A stretch of DNA of 63,879 nucleotides, the filler included, from Lama guanicoe (taxonomy: Eukaryota): NCBI GenBank assembly GCA_013239625.1. It is 184 parts of 184 records of this genome, joined end to end, with 100 filler letters (N's around TTAATTAATTAA, not from the genome) between each part and the next. Parts side by side here need not be neighbours in the genome. Positions count along the whole stretch, not along the records: positions 62,240 to 62,487 come from PNXV01047979.1; positions 62,588 to 62,835 come from PNXV01047980.1; positions 62,936 to 63,183 come from PNXV01047981.1; positions 63,284 to 63,531 come from PNXV01047982.1; positions 63,632 to 63,879 come from PNXV01047983.1; 179 more parts are not named here. One strand, 5' to 3'. Positions within the stretch are counted from its first letter, which is position 1. Each line of letters begins with the position of its first letter. The position numbers and the translations under genes are program-made. Positions 62,140-63,879 of this stretch are shown piece by piece. Under the pieces are notes generated by a model that saw nothing but the letters and a program-made list of their open reading frames with translations, was not told the DNA's origin and did no database searches.

Positions 62140-63879
62140 NNNNNNNNNNNNNNNNNNNNNNNNNNNNNNNNNNNNNNNNNNNNTTAATTAATTAANNNNN
62201 NNNNNNNNNNNNNNNNNNNNNNNNNNNNNNNNNNNNNNNTTTTTTTAAAGTCAGGCAGTTGACACCTGTGATATCATACATCCTTTGAGGCTGATGGACC
62301 TGAAATCCTCAGGATGCTAAGAGACCCTGCAGGGTAGGAGCAGGAGGGCTCGAGGACAATTCCCCGATCTGGTGCAGTCGCACCTTTTAATAACGCTTTG
62401 GCTTATGTAAATGTCCCGCTAAGAACTGAGTTCTGGAGTACAAGTCTCACTAAGCACTGGAGGCTTGTGGGTGTGATAGTAAAAGGCNNNNNNNNNNNNN
62501 NNNNNNNNNNNNNNNNNNNNNNNNNNNNNNNTTAATTAATTAANNNNNNNNNNNNNNNNNNNNNNNNNNNNNNNNNNNNNNNNNNNNGGCGCGGGGAACC
62601 GGGCTGGAACCTCTCACCCAGACAGCAGGTGTGGCGGCTGCGCGGACAGACAGCGCCGCGTTCAGCTTCACGCGGGCCTCTCAGGATGGAGGTGGTGTGT
62701 TCTGCACAGAGTTCCACTTCTCAGACATAATCTTCGTGAAAATACTGGGTGCACTTTCCACTGTGATGTGAATGGAACTGTCACCCTTCTGTTCTGTTTC
62801 ATGATTGTCACCATCACTACGATGACTTCTTCTGANNNNNNNNNNNNNNNNNNNNNNNNNNNNNNNNNNNNNNNNNNNNTTAATTAATTAANNNNNNNNN
62901 NNNNNNNNNNNNNNNNNNNNNNNNNNNNNNNNNNNATGGCTTCAAGAATTCTTTGTCATTTGAACTGAGCCTTGAAAGAAAGAGGATTATGAAAACTAAA
63001 GCAAAGGGTTAGAGAATGACATTCTCTCACGAGAGAAAGGCATGGGCATAGTCCTGGAGGCAGACACGTGCAGATTGAGTTGTGGACAATAAAACTCAGT
63101 GTGGCTGTAACAGAGCCCAAACTTGTTCTGCTCACTGCACAACAGGCCAATAAATTGGGAGATGAGGTGTTGGGGCAAGGAATNNNNNNNNNNNNNNNNN
63201 NNNNNNNNNNNNNNNNNNNNNNNNNNNTTAATTAATTAANNNNNNNNNNNNNNNNNNNNNNNNNNNNNNNNNNNNNNNNNNNNCTGGGTGCCTTCAGCCA
63301 TCCTAGCCCCCTGGCGGCTCTGCCCCCTCGCTCGCCTGCTGCTCCGCGCTCAGAGCCTCGCGCTCCTTTGTGGCTCGGCTGGCAGGAAAGACAATATGTG
63401 CCCCAGGAGCAGGTACAGATACACACTACTATCTATAAAATACAGAAACATCAACTCCCAGGTCCTTAATAGCAATAGACAAAAGATGTCACTAAAGAAG
63501 ATGAGAAAAGAGCAGGTCCCCATCACCCAGANNNNNNNNNNNNNNNNNNNNNNNNNNNNNNNNNNNNNNNNNNNNTTAATTAATTAANNNNNNNNNNNNN
63601 NNNNNNNNNNNNNNNNNNNNNNNNNNNNNNNCGCCCAGGATAAGACTGTACAAAACCACACACGTACCCCAACTCCAAAATTCAGAAGTTTCACTGAAAA
63701 GTGGGAGCGCTGAACAGGGTCTGTGGTCTCTTAGTAGGATGCTGAGGTCCTGGTAAAAAGATCACGCTACAGTTACGGAGAATGTCAAAAAAATTCATGA
63801 AGGATGCCGGACGGACTGCAGGTGAGGGGTTGGGGAACCCCCTGTGCATTTATCTTATTTCAGAACATTTCTTTCTAAC

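Larger units (their letters stand above)
1..63879. other. Artificial concatenation of 184 unplaced micro-contigs (243-248 bp), mammalian, probably camelid
   Basis: Period is 347 bp up to 14921 and 348 bp afterwards. Length arithmetic 43x247 + 141x248 - 10 + 183x100 = 63879 closes exactly. Neighbouring contigs differ in GC and repeat content. Confidence 0.98.

Noticed and set aside
24..63587. Most ORFs in the supplied six-frame track
   Set aside because: They pass the length threshold only by reading through N runs and stop in the linker, or they are short chance ORFs in repeats or GC-rich DNA.
248..63631. CRISPR-like array of identical palindromic repeats with constant-length spacers
   Set aside because: The repeat is a synthetic 12-mer embedded in N runs. 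The spacers are ~248-bp mammalian genomic fragments, and there is no cas gene or leader.

Overview
This window is not a contiguous locus. It is an assembly pseudo-scaffold of 184 tiny contigs from a mammalian genome, joined by 183 identical 100-bp artificial linkers (N44-TTAATTAATTAA-N44, a six-frame stop spacer). Only about 45.6 kb is real sequence. The first 43 contigs are 247 bp and the remaining 141 are almost all 248 bp, so they are sorted by length. Repeat content is L1, L2, MIR, MLT1/ERVL LTRs, MER58/Charlie and Tigger1, with cetartiodactyl-type L1 3' ends and no Alu, Bov, PRE-1 or CAN SINEs. This points to a cetartiodactyl, most likely a camelid (inference). Four contig pairs share exactly 49 nt at both ends, marking them as de Bruijn bubble arms (k about 49-50). 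Almost all ORFs in the supplied track are artefacts closed by the linker. The biologically informative pieces are: an intact 111-nt exon of a diverged MIA3/TANGO1-like gene; a 46-nt ANKRD26-like exon with a dead splice donor; an L1 twin-priming inversion junction; an L1 inserted in Tigger1; GC-shifted old L1 copies; two tandem-repeat fragments; and several CpG-island or first-exon fragments. I find no evidence of a new multi-component biological system, and the repeat-spacer look of the window is man-made. Repeat-family and gene assignments come from recalled consensus sequences, not from searches.
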